In this document: in pieces, positions 39,457 to 47,403 of the stretch
How positions within the stretch are numbered: the first letter of the stretch is position 1
How the letters are laid out: the number at the start of each line of letters is the position of its first letter
Assembly: GCA_045863395.1 (NCBI GenBank)
Contig: BTVJ01000055.1
Coordinates: forward strand, 1-50,073
From: Myxococcales bacterium
Lineage (GTDB): Bacteria > Myxococcota_A > UBA9042 > JABWCM01 > BTVJ01
DNA length: 50,073 nucleotides
Direction of reading: 5' to 3'
Translations under genes and position numbers: made by a program
Notes under the pieces: model-generated
What the model saw: only the letters and a program-made list of their open reading frames with translations
Told to the model about the DNA's origin: nothing
The model's database searches: none

Positions 39457-41482
39457 CACGGTAGATGCCATAGCGGAGCGCGGGCTGCGCGCTCCAGAAC
39501 GGGAAGTCCGGGCTGCCGTGGTTGGGCCGGATCGCCTCGTCGAGGGGCGAGAGGGCGAAGGCTGCCTCGAGCTCCGCGCAGCGTGGGTGCTCGATGGCGG
39601 GCGGAGGCGGCGCCAGCGGGGGGCGCTCGCGGGCGCTGCACTGGGGGCCACGCACGTAGATCACCTCGCAGTGGCCGGCGAGGAGCCAGTCCGCATCTCT
39701 CAGGAACGACCCGATGTTCAGGACGCGCGCCTCGGGGCTCAACGGGAGCAGCTCGTAGAGCGGGTAGTGGCGGAAGACGGTGTCGCGGGGGGGATCCGAC
39801 ATGCCGAGGGCCACGTAGCAGCGAGGCTCCGTGGTTGGGGGCACGGCGCGGGCCGCCCGGCGCCACCAGGCGTCCAGCTCCTGGGCGTTGGTCGGCGCCC
39901 AGAGGGAGCGCACGGTGTCCGGGGCAGGGATGAGGGCGCCGGCGAGGAGCGCGCCGCCGAGCAGGTGGACGCGGGACCGCTCCAGCAGCGCGCCGAGGGG
40001 GCACGCGGCCAGGACGCATGCCCACTCCATGGCCGGCGCCTGCACCCGGGGGATCGACACGGCCGGCAGGTCCAGGAGCGACAGGGCGACGACGGCGAGC
40101 GTCCCGAGTGCGACCAGCGCGCGGGCGCCGCGGTGGGGACGGGGGAGCGCGAGGGCAGAGGCGGCGAGGAGCGCGGTGAGCGGTGGGAAGATCCACGGGG
40201 AGAGCAGGGCGTTGCGCTCGACCAGGCCGCGGGCGAACAGAGGCGCCCAGGGCTCGCCGACGCCGGGGAGGTCTCCCCGCTGCGCCGCCTGCGGGAACCA
40301 GGACAGGAGCGTTACGGCGCGGGGCACGAGCAGCAGGGCGACGAGGCCGAGGAGTGTCAGTGCCGCCCAGCGGTCACGGAGCCCCCCGTTGGCGAGGAGG
40401 ATCGCGCAGCCCACGAGCGCCAGCAGCGGCGCGAGGTCGGCCCGCGAGGCGAGGGTCAGGGCCGCGAAGGTGACGACGGCTGCGGCGAGGGTGGGGCGGG
40501 CGTCGCGAAGCCAGGCGTCGAGGGCCACGGCGGTTGCTGCGAGCCAGAGGCGGGCCGGCACGAGCGTGCTCTCGGAGAGGCGGTCCGAGACGAGCGCCGC
40601 CGTGAGGCCCACCAGCGCGACGGCGACGACTCCCGCGTGGCGTCCCCCGAGGCGGCGGGCGACTGCGGCGAGCAGCGGCACGCTCAGGAGCCCGCAGAGG
40701 GTGTTGGTCGCGACGATGACGCGGAGGTCCATGCCGAGCAGGTTGAGGAGCGGGCCGTACAGCACGGTGGAGCCCGCGCCGTACTTGGGGACGGGTCGCA
40801 GGGCCGCCGCCTCGACCACGGTGCCGTACCCGTGGAACACGGTGACCAGGTGCGAAGGGGCGAGCAGGTGCGCCGCGAGGACGAGGGTCGCGACGGTCGC
40901 GAGGGCCAGGCGTTCGGGTCGGCTCAGCCCATCGCAGAGGGTGCGGATCGCGCCGGCAAGGATCATGGGCAGCAGCAGGAGGGCCACGACCCCGAGCCCC
41001 CCCGCAACCACCAGCTCGGCCACCAGGCCCGGCCCGCCGGGTGGGTCCTCGTGCACGGGTGCCAGGTTGCGCGGGGGGCCCTGGCCTGGCGGGCGCGATG
41101 GTGTGGCACGCAGCCGTGGCCCGATGTCCTCGTTGGCGGCGATGCGCCGCAGCAGCTCGTCGATGGTGGGGGAATGCTGCGCTGCGGCGTCCCCCGGCGT
41201 GACCGTCACGAGGACGTGATACCAGCGCAGCTCCTGCTCACGCCCCGGCGCGCCGTGGAGGGGGGCGCCGCGTGCCGCGAGGCGCACCTCGATGGTCGCT
41301 CCGGGGGACGTGAGCACGAAGCGGATGCCGTCCGGGTTCCAGCGGGTCTCGGTCAGGGTGAACGGGGCGAGGCCGCCAGCGACCACCCCCGCGTCGTCGC
41401 GCAGCAGGTCGTCCGCCGTGCCGGCCAGGGCAGGGCGCGCGAGCGCCGCGAGGGCGAGGGCGAGGAGCAGGGCGCGTCGCAT
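39425..41482 (-). CDS. Multi-pass membrane protein, probable GT-C-type glycosyltransferase
   Basis: Signal peptide, soluble N-domain, about 10 hydrophobic segments, LSE and SRAD loop motifs, Cys-containing C-domain. Confidence 0.6.
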   Translation of the reverse strand: MRRALLLALALAALARPALAGTADDLLRDDAGVVAGGLAPFTLTETRWNPDGIRFVLTSPGATIEVRLAARGAPLHGAPGREQELRWYHVLVTVTPGDAAAQHSPTIDELLRRIAANEDIGPRLRATPSRPPGQGPPRNLAPVHEDPPGGPGLVAELVVAGGLGVVALLLLPMILAGAIRTLCDGLSRPERLALATVATLVLAAHLLAPSHLVTVFHGYGTVVEAAALRPVPKYGAGSTVLYGPLLNLLGMDLRVIVATNTLCGLLSVPLLAAVARRLGGRHAGVVAVALVGLTAALVSDRLSESTLVPARLWLAATAVALDAWLRDARPTLAAAVVTFAALTLASRADLAPLLALVGCAILLANGGLRDRWAALTLLGLVALLLVPRAVTLLSWFPQAAQRGDLPGVGEPWAPLFARGLVERNALLSPWIFPPLTALLAASALALPRPHRGARALVALGTLAVVALSLLDLPAVSIPRVQAPAMEWACVLAACPLGALLERSRVHLLGGALLAGALIPAPDTVRSLWAPTNAQELDAWWRRAARAVPPTTEPRCYVALGMSDPPRDTVFRHYPLYELLPLSPEARVLNIGSFLRDADWLLAGHCEVIYVRGPQCSARERPPLAPPPPAIEHPRCAELEAAFALSPLDEAIRPNHGSPDFPFWSAQPALRYGIYRVTGRAAPPRR

Positions 41483-41614
41483 CCGGTCCACTCTCGCATC
41501 GGCGCGCGGGGACCGTCAACGGGGCCGGAGGTCCCGCGGGTCCTCGGATGCGGGGCCAGGGGACGGCAGCACACGACCACCTCGACGCAAGGATGCCTGG
41601 GGCGCGCACAAACG

Positions 41615-41644
41615 TTGACCCGGACGGACCCTCCCGAGTATGGT
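41615..41644 (+). promoter_or_regulatory. Putative sigma70-type promoter
   Basis: TTGACC (41615-41620)-N18-TATGGT (41639-41644). Confidence 0.45.
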
Positions 41645-41681
41645 CCCCGCCGCGCGCCGCCTCGGCGCTCCTGGAGGACCG

Positions 41682-42569
41682 ATGGACCGGACGTTCTGTA
41701 GCGATGTGTCGACCCAGTCGGGCGAGCCCCTGCTCGGCTCGGCCACCCACTGTGGCGAGCTGGTGCTCGTGAGCTGGCCCAAGGGCGACTGGGAGTCGGA
41801 CGCCCTGGACACGCCGGGCCTGCCGCACGCGCTCCCGCACTGGCGCTCCGAGCGCGTCGCCGCGGGGACGCGGTCCGTGGTGCGCCTCGTCTCGCGGCCG
41901 GGCACGTCGGCCGAGTCGTTGGTCGCCATGGGCTGGCCCGGCGGCTGGCGCGCGGAGGGTATGCGACCGCAGAACCTGGTCGCCAGCATGGAGGCCGCCA
42001 TGGAGGCGCTCCTGGCGGGCAGCGATGACGTCGCCGTGCAGCGGCCGGTCATCGTCGTGTGCGCTCACGGCAACCACGATGCCTGTTGCGCCCTGTACGG
42101 CACGCGCTTCGCCCAGCGGGTCCGGAAGGCGGTAGCGCGGCTCGGCGCAGACGTGGACGTGTGGGAGTCGACGCATCTCGGGGGACACCGCTTCTCTGCG
42201 ACGGCCATCACGCTGCCCTGGGGCCACATGCACGGGCGCCTCGGCCCCGACGACGCCGATGCCCTGGTGGAGCACGCCGTCGCGGGGGCACCATGGCTGG
42301 CGCGCTTTCGCGGCAACGTGTTCCTCGACGAGGCGCGGCAGGTGGCCGAGGGGGCGGCCCTGGCGTGGGCGGCGGAGAACGGGTTGAGCGGGAGGGCCTT
42401 CGTCGGGCCGGCGCGGGAGGACGACACCGTGCACGTGACCGTCGGCGGGCGCCAGATCGTGATTCGCCTGGAGCGGCGGGAGTTCGAGACGCTGAAGAGC
42501 TGCGACGAGGCGCCGCTGGGGCGGCTGGTCGCCCGGCGCCTGGTGGTGGCGTCCATCGACGACGAGTAG
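41682..42569 (+). CDS. Sucrase/ferredoxin-like (Apd1/Aim32-type) 2Fe-2S protein
   Basis: FCS..GEPLLGSA; CAHGNHDACC (Cx8C); WESTHLGGHRF (Hx3H). Confidence 0.9.
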   Translation: MDRTFCSDVSTQSGEPLLGSATHCGELVLVSWPKGDWESDALDTPGLPHALPHWRSERVAAGTRSVVRLVSRPGTSAESLVAMGWPGGWRAEGMRPQNLVASMEAAMEALLAGSDDVAVQRPVIVVCAHGNHDACCALYGTRFAQRVRKAVARLGADVDVWESTHLGGHRFSATAITLPWGHMHGRLGPDDADALVEHAVAGAPWLARFRGNVFLDEARQVAEGAALAWAAENGLSGRAFVGPAREDDTVHVTVGGRQIVIRLERREFETLKSCDEAPLGRLVARRLVVASIDDE

Positions 42570-42586
42570 GGCGCCCCCTACGGCCG

Positions 42587-43243
42587 CTATCGGGTCGGGC
42601 TCCACGTGGCGTCCCGCAGGAAGGACCCCTTCAGGTAGTCCTGCTCGATGACAGAGGCCATCTCCTCGGCGCTTGCGTATCTCTCCCAGTTCACGCGGAT
42701 GACGGGGATCGCCCGCGAGATGTCGCGGATGAACTCCTCGTAGTGGGCGTGCAGACTCCTCAGATACTCCATGGAGATGCCGGTCTCCACGTCACGGGAG
42801 CGCAGGCGGATCCGCTCCATGGACGACTCGGGGCTCAGGTCGAGGTAGATGATCAGGTTCGGGCGGCACATGAAGTTGCTCATGTGCCGGAAGAGCTGGA
42901 GGTAGTTCCGGTAGTCCCGCTCCTCCATGAGGTCTCTCTCGACGAGGGTCTTTGCGAAGACCGCGTCCTCGTAGATCGTGCGGTCCTGCACGCCGCCGCC
43001 GCCGCGCCAGATGATCTCCTGGTGCTGCTGGAATCTCCGGTTCAGCAAGTAGATCTGGGTCGCAAACGAGTATCGTGCCGTGTCCCGATAGAAGTCCACC
43101 AGATACTCGTTGTCGGCGACCGGCTCGAAGTAGACGGGCAGCCCCAGGTGCTCCCCGAGGGCCGTTGCGAGCGTCGTCTTGCCGGCGCCGATGAGCCCGG
43201 CGATGCCGATGAACAGGTCGTGCAGCCCGTTGCCGTGGACCAT
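42587..43243 (-). CDS. Deoxynucleoside kinase
   Basis: GLIGAGKTT, EPV, QIYLLNRRF, QDRTIYED, RIRLRSRDVE, YL..LH..YEE. Confidence 0.93.
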   Translation of the reverse strand: MVHGNGLHDLFIGIAGLIGAGKTTLATALGEHLGLPVYFEPVADNEYLVDFYRDTARYSFATQIYLLNRRFQQHQEIIWRGGGGVQDRTIYEDAVFAKTLVERDLMEERDYRNYLQLFRHMSNFMCRPNLIIYLDLSPESSMERIRLRSRDVETGISMEYLRSLHAHYEEFIRDISRAIPVIRVNWERYASAEEMASVIEQDYLKGSFLRDATWSPTR

Positions 43244-43267
43244 GGGATCTCCTGTAGCGTGTGGTGG

Positions 43268-43711
43268 TCAGGTGCCCGGATCGAAGCTGCGCAGGGAGGC
43301 GCGCAGCTCCGCCTCCACGGGAACGAAGAGCTCGTAGGGCCCAGCGGCCTCCACGAGGACGATGCGGTCGCCGACGACCAGGATGGTCTCGCTCAGGACC
43401 CAGTCCTCTGAGCCGTAGGGGAGCACGAAGTCGAGGGTGGCGGCGCTGTGTCCGCTGGTGGTCGTGAAGCGCTCCATGGACTTGAGCGCGTAGCCGCGCG
43501 CGAGCAAGTGCCGCTCCATGGCGTCCTGCCAGAAGGCGAGGTCGGCGATGGGGTAGTTGTCGACCTCCCGCACCTTCACGCGGACACCCGTGGCCGTGAT
43601 CAGCTTGAGTCCCCCGGACTCCTCGTAGCGCTTGAACGCCGAGGACGGCTGCATCTGGTAGGTGGGGCCGCACGACAGGAGCAGCACGGCAGCCAGGGTG
43701 GCGCGGAGCAT
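43268..43711 (-). CDS. Hypothetical lipoprotein
   Basis: Lipobox-like LLLSC; similar to the C-terminal domain of 44313-45416. Confidence 0.75.
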   Translation of the reverse strand: MLRATLAAVLLLSCGPTYQMQPSSAFKRYEESGGLKLITATGVRVKVREVDNYPIADLAFWQDAMERHLLARGYALKSMERFTTTSGHSAATLDFVLPYGSEDWVLSETILVVGDRIVLVEAAGPYELFVPVEAELRASLRSFDPGT

Positions 43712-43714
43712 GGG

Positions 43715-44308
43715 TCAGAACTCCTGGATGAAGCGGTCGAGGTCCACGTCGTTGAGCCACGAGAAAGGGGAGTGCACGTAGACGAGGCGGTCTCGCTGCG
43801 GGAACGAGAAGGACACCTGGACGGCGGCGTAGCGCACCCGCTCCTGCTCGGCCCGGAGCTCGCCGCGGACCTGCTCCAGCTCGGTGAGCAGCGCGGTCAT
43901 GGACTGCTCGATCTTGACGGTCGCCGCTACGTTGGAGTCCCCGATGAGGCTCCGGAGCCGCGCGAGGATCTCTTGCTTCGAGCGCGCTTGCGCATCGAGC
44001 TGCGCGACCCTGGCCGTCACGTCCTCGCGGGCGCGGCTCTTGTCGAGGACGAGGCCGGCCCGGGAGGTGGCGTCCATGAAGTCGTCGAGGCGTTCGGGCG
44101 GGACCTTCACGTGCAAGACGTCGTTGGTCACGAGCGTCGGGAACCCGCCCATGCCCTTGGCGCTGCCGATGAGAGACTCGCGCACCTCGGTCGGGTTGAC
44201 CACCTTGAGCACCAGGGTGGCGCTCTCCGCGGTGAGGCGCGGCGTATCGGCGGTGGTGTCGGACCAGACCAGCATGGCGAGCAGCGCGACGGCGGTCGAG
44301 GATCGCAT
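43715..44308 (-). CDS. DUF4349-like exported protein
   Basis: VKVPPERLDDF, EDVTARVAQLDAQ, coiled coil, VRYAAVQVSF, SPFSW. Confidence 0.75.
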   Translation of the reverse strand: MRSSTAVALLAMLVWSDTTADTPRLTAESATLVLKVVNPTEVRESLIGSAKGMGGFPTLVTNDVLHVKVPPERLDDFMDATSRAGLVLDKSRAREDVTARVAQLDAQARSKQEILARLRSLIGDSNVAATVKIEQSMTALLTELEQVRGELRAEQERVRYAAVQVSFSFPQRDRLVYVHSPFSWLNDVDLDRFIQEF

Positions 44309-44312
44309 GGCG

Positions 44313-45416
44313 TCAGTCCTTGAGGCGGAAGGAGCCGAGGGCGCGGGTGACCTCGGGCTGGTGCGTCCGCCACGCCTCTTCGGTGGGGAAGAACGCTTCG
44401 ACGACGGCGAGGCGGTCGCCCGCAGAGTGCACCCCGATGAGCCAGGTCCGAGGCTCCGTGTCCTTGTTGCGGAAGACGCGGATGGTCAGGGCGCCGGAGT
44501 CGATGCGCGAGACGAGCTCCTCGTCGCGCCCGGCCAGCTCGTGCTCCAGGGCCGCGGCCCAGAAGGCGTTGTCGCCGGCCGGCTCGTTGGGGATGACGGC
44601 GCCCCGCAGGGTGGTGGTGTCCGCCGCCTGGGCGCGGAAGGCGCGGTCCTCCGTGAAGTGGACGAAGCCGCGCGGCAGATCCATGTCGACGTCGTCGCCT
44701 CCCCGGGTCAGGGTCGCCCTGTGCGCGGAGAGGGAGCGCACCCACGGGAAGGGCGAGACCTGAACGACCTGGCGCTGATCCGCCACGGGGACCAGCTCGA
44801 TGGTGATGGTGAAGTATGCGACCAGGTTCTCGAGGGTCCCGAGGGTGGCCTCCATGGACTCGATCTGCTCCGTGAGGCGCTTGACCTCCTGGACGATGAG
44901 CAGGCGCTCCTCCACGTCGGTCGCGTGAGCCAGCAGGGCGAGCAGCCGCTCCCGTGCCTCGCGGGCGACGCTGAGGCGGGCGCTCAGGTCGGTGAACTGC
45001 CGCGTGACGTCCATGGCTTGGATGCGCCTGTCCAGGAGCTCGCCCACGCCAGCGAAGGTGGTCATGACGCGCTCGAAGTCCGAGGCCGGGATGCGCACGA
45101 TGACGACGGAGGCGGTCTGCGACTGGACGTAGCCGCCGGCGGTCTCCGTGAGGCGCGCGATCTCGTCGACCGCGGCCAGGACGCGCCGGACCCGCAGCTT
45201 CAGGTAGCCGAGGTACACCACGCGCTGCTCGACCGGGGTGACGGTGGGCGTGTGCTGCGGTCCGCGGTCCTCGGCGCGGGCGCCCCAGGTGCTCCCTTCG
45301 GGTGAGGGGTCGGTGACGGCCGAGGGCGACGACGGTGGCCCATAGGGAGCCGCCCCGTAGGACATGCTCCCAGAGCATCCGGCGAGCAGCAACAGGGCCA
45401 GGAGCGGAGCCTTCAT
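44313..45416 (-). CDS. DUF4349-like lipoprotein with extra C-terminal domain
   Basis: Lipobox LLLAGC; GGYV, VRIPA, DVTRQFTDLSARL, RLLALL, VAYFTITIEL, SPFPW. Confidence 0.8.
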   Translation of the reverse strand: MKAPLLALLLLAGCSGSMSYGAAPYGPPSSPSAVTDPSPEGSTWGARAEDRGPQHTPTVTPVEQRVVYLGYLKLRVRRVLAAVDEIARLTETAGGYVQSQTASVVIVRIPASDFERVMTTFAGVGELLDRRIQAMDVTRQFTDLSARLSVAREARERLLALLAHATDVEERLLIVQEVKRLTEQIESMEATLGTLENLVAYFTITIELVPVADQRQVVQVSPFPWVRSLSAHRATLTRGGDDVDMDLPRGFVHFTEDRAFRAQAADTTTLRGAVIPNEPAGDNAFWAAALEHELAGRDEELVSRIDSGALTIRVFRNKDTEPRTWLIGVHSAGDRLAVVEAFFPTEEAWRTHQPEVTRALGSFRLKD

Positions 45417-45496
45417 CGTGGTGACCTCGTTCCTCCGGGGCGTCCGGGGCGGGCGCGGCCCCAAGGTAGCGCGGCGGGAGGTGGGGGTCAACGAAG

Positions 45497-45570
45497 GGGT
45501 GGGGGTCAAGCCTACTCAATTCTCATAGTCAGGGGCGGCCGAAGATGAGGAGTGTGGAGGCTTGGCCCCC
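45497..45570. repeat. Imperfect palindromic REP-like element, copy 1
   Basis: Arms gggggtcaagcct (45501-45513) / aggcttggccccc (45558-45570); first 31 nt match 50013-50043 at 28 positions. Confidence 0.65.
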
Positions 45571-46447
45571 CGCGCCCCAGGTCGTCGAGGAACTCCAGGA
45601 ACGCCTTGACGCGCGGCAGGTCCTGGCGCCCGGGGAGCATCAGCGCGGTCAGGGGAGGTCCTGGTGCGGCGTAGGGTGCGAGCACCTCCACCAGGCGTCC
45701 GTCGGCCAGGGCGTCTGCCACCATGAAGCCGAAGACCTGGGCGACGCCGAGGCCAGCGAGGGCGGCAGTGACGAGGGCGTCTCCGTCGTCGACTCGCAGT
45801 GCGGTCGGGGTCCGCACCTCGACCGGCTGTTCCCGCACGCGGAAGGTCCACTCCACGGTCCCTCCCCGCGGCGGGGCGTACTTCAGGCAGGCGTGGGACG
45901 CGAGCTCGCCGGGCTCTGCCGGTGTGCCGCGGCGCGCCAGGTACGCGGGGCTGGCGACGGTGACCCAGCGGGGAGCACGCAGCCTGTGCGCCACCAGGCT
46001 GGAGTCGGGCAGGGCGCCGATCCGAACGGCGACGTCGACCTCCCCCTCGGCGAGGGACACGACGCGGTCGGTCATCGAGAGATCGGGGACCAGGCGCGGA
46101 TGACGCTGGAGCAGACGGGGCAGCGCGGCGACGATCACCCTCCCGAGTACGGGGCTCAGCGAGATCCGCAGGGGGCCCTCCGCCAACCCGCGGGCACGCG
46201 CGACCTCGTCCAGTCCCGCGGCCAGGCGGTCCAGGGCCTCCCGAGCGTGTGCGTGGAGGACCTCTCCCTCGGGGGTCAAGGAGACGTGGCGCGTCGTGCG
46301 GAGAAACAGCCTCACGCCGAGCTCGTCCTCCAGCCTCTGCACAGCCTTGCTGATGGCCGCGGCCGAGACGCCCAGGCGCGCCGCCGCGCCGCGAAAGCTC
46401 CTGGTCTCGGCGACGGCGACGAAAGGCTCCAGGCCGGAGATGTTCAT
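45512..46447 (-). CDS. LysR-family regulator (CrgA-like)
   Basis: [58 protein letters not shown]. Confidence 0.96.
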   Translation of the reverse strand: MNISGLEPFVAVAETRSFRGAAARLGVSAAAISKAVQRLEDELGVRLFLRTTRHVSLTPEGEVLHAHAREALDRLAAGLDEVARARGLAEGPLRISLSPVLGRVIVAALPRLLQRHPRLVPDLSMTDRVVSLAEGEVDVAVRIGALPDSSLVAHRLRAPRWVTVASPAYLARRGTPAEPGELASHACLKYAPPRGGTVEWTFRVREQPVEVRTPTALRVDDGDALVTAALAGLGVAQVFGFMVADALADGRLVEVLAPYAAPGPPLTALMLPGRQDLPRVKAFLEFLDDLGRGGPSLHTPHLRPPLTMRIE

Positions 46448-46496
46448 TGTCAACCTCTGGTTGAATTTGTGCTTCCATTTTGGCGGATTGTCAACC
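46446..46496. promoter_or_regulatory. Candidate LysR operator region
   Basis: TCAACC-N3-GGTTGA (46450-46464); ATTGTCAACC at both 46446 and 46487, in an AT-rich divergent spacer. Confidence 0.6.
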
Positions 46497-46550
46497 AGAG
46501 ACGAGGGTCGTATCGTCTCATCGTCGGCTCGAACACACACGGAGGACATC

Positions 46551-47195
46551 ATGAAGATCGGCGTACTCGGGACGGGGATGGTCGGGAAGTCCATCGGATC
46601 GAAGCTCGTGGCCATCGGCCACGACGTGGTCATGGGGTCACGGACGGCGGCCAACGAGGAGGCCGTGGCCTGGGCCTCGGCGACCGGTGGGCGGCACGGG
46701 ACCTTCGCGGAGGCGGCGGCCCACGGCGAGGTGGTCTTCAACTGCACCAACGGGCAGGCCACGCTCGCCGCCCTGGAGGCGGCCGGAGCGGCGAACCTCG
46801 ACGGCAAGATCCTGCTCGATCTGGCGAACCCGCTCGACTTCTCCCGCGGCTTCCCGCCCACGCTGTCGGTGTGCAACGACGACTCTCTCGGGGAGCGCGT
46901 CCAGCGAGCCTTCCCGGGCGCGAAGGTGGTCAAGACACTGAACACGATGAACTGCATGCTGATGGTGGACCCGGGCCAGCTCACCGGGGAGCACGCCGTG
47001 TTCGTGAGCGGAGACGACGCTCAGGCGAAGGCGAGCGTGGGCGGCTACCTCCGCGAGTGGTTCGGGTGGCAGCAGATCATCGATCTCGGTGACATCTCGA
47101 CGTCGCGGGGGACGGAGGGCTGGCTGCTGCTGTGGACCCGCCTCTACGGAGCCCTGGGTTCGCCCCAGTTCAACATGCGCATCGTGAGGGGCTGA
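46551..47195 (+). CDS. NADP oxidoreductase (F420_oxidored family)
   Basis: [43 protein letters not shown]. Confidence 0.92.
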   Translation: MKIGVLGTGMVGKSIGSKLVAIGHDVVMGSRTAANEEAVAWASATGGRHGTFAEAAAHGEVVFNCTNGQATLAALEAAGAANLDGKILLDLANPLDFSRGFPPTLSVCNDDSLGERVQRAFPGAKVVKTLNTMNCMLMVDPGQLTGEHAVFVSGDDAQAKASVGGYLREWFGWQQIIDLGDISTSRGTEGWLLLWTRLYGALGSPQFNMRIVRG

Positions 47196-47403
47196 GCGGG
47201 ACGGGGGAGCGGGCGGCGCCAGCTTCACGCCCCCGGCGCGGTGGCTTGCCAGGCACCGGACGTCCCGCCCTGGGCGGCCTTCGGGGACGTCCGGACCGCG
47301 GTGAGCCCCACCACGAGAGGCGCCGCGGCCAGCGAATCTGGCCGCGCGCGCCGCTCGAGTTCCATGTATGATTGGCGCCACCTTCAGCCTCGACAGGTGC
47401 GCC

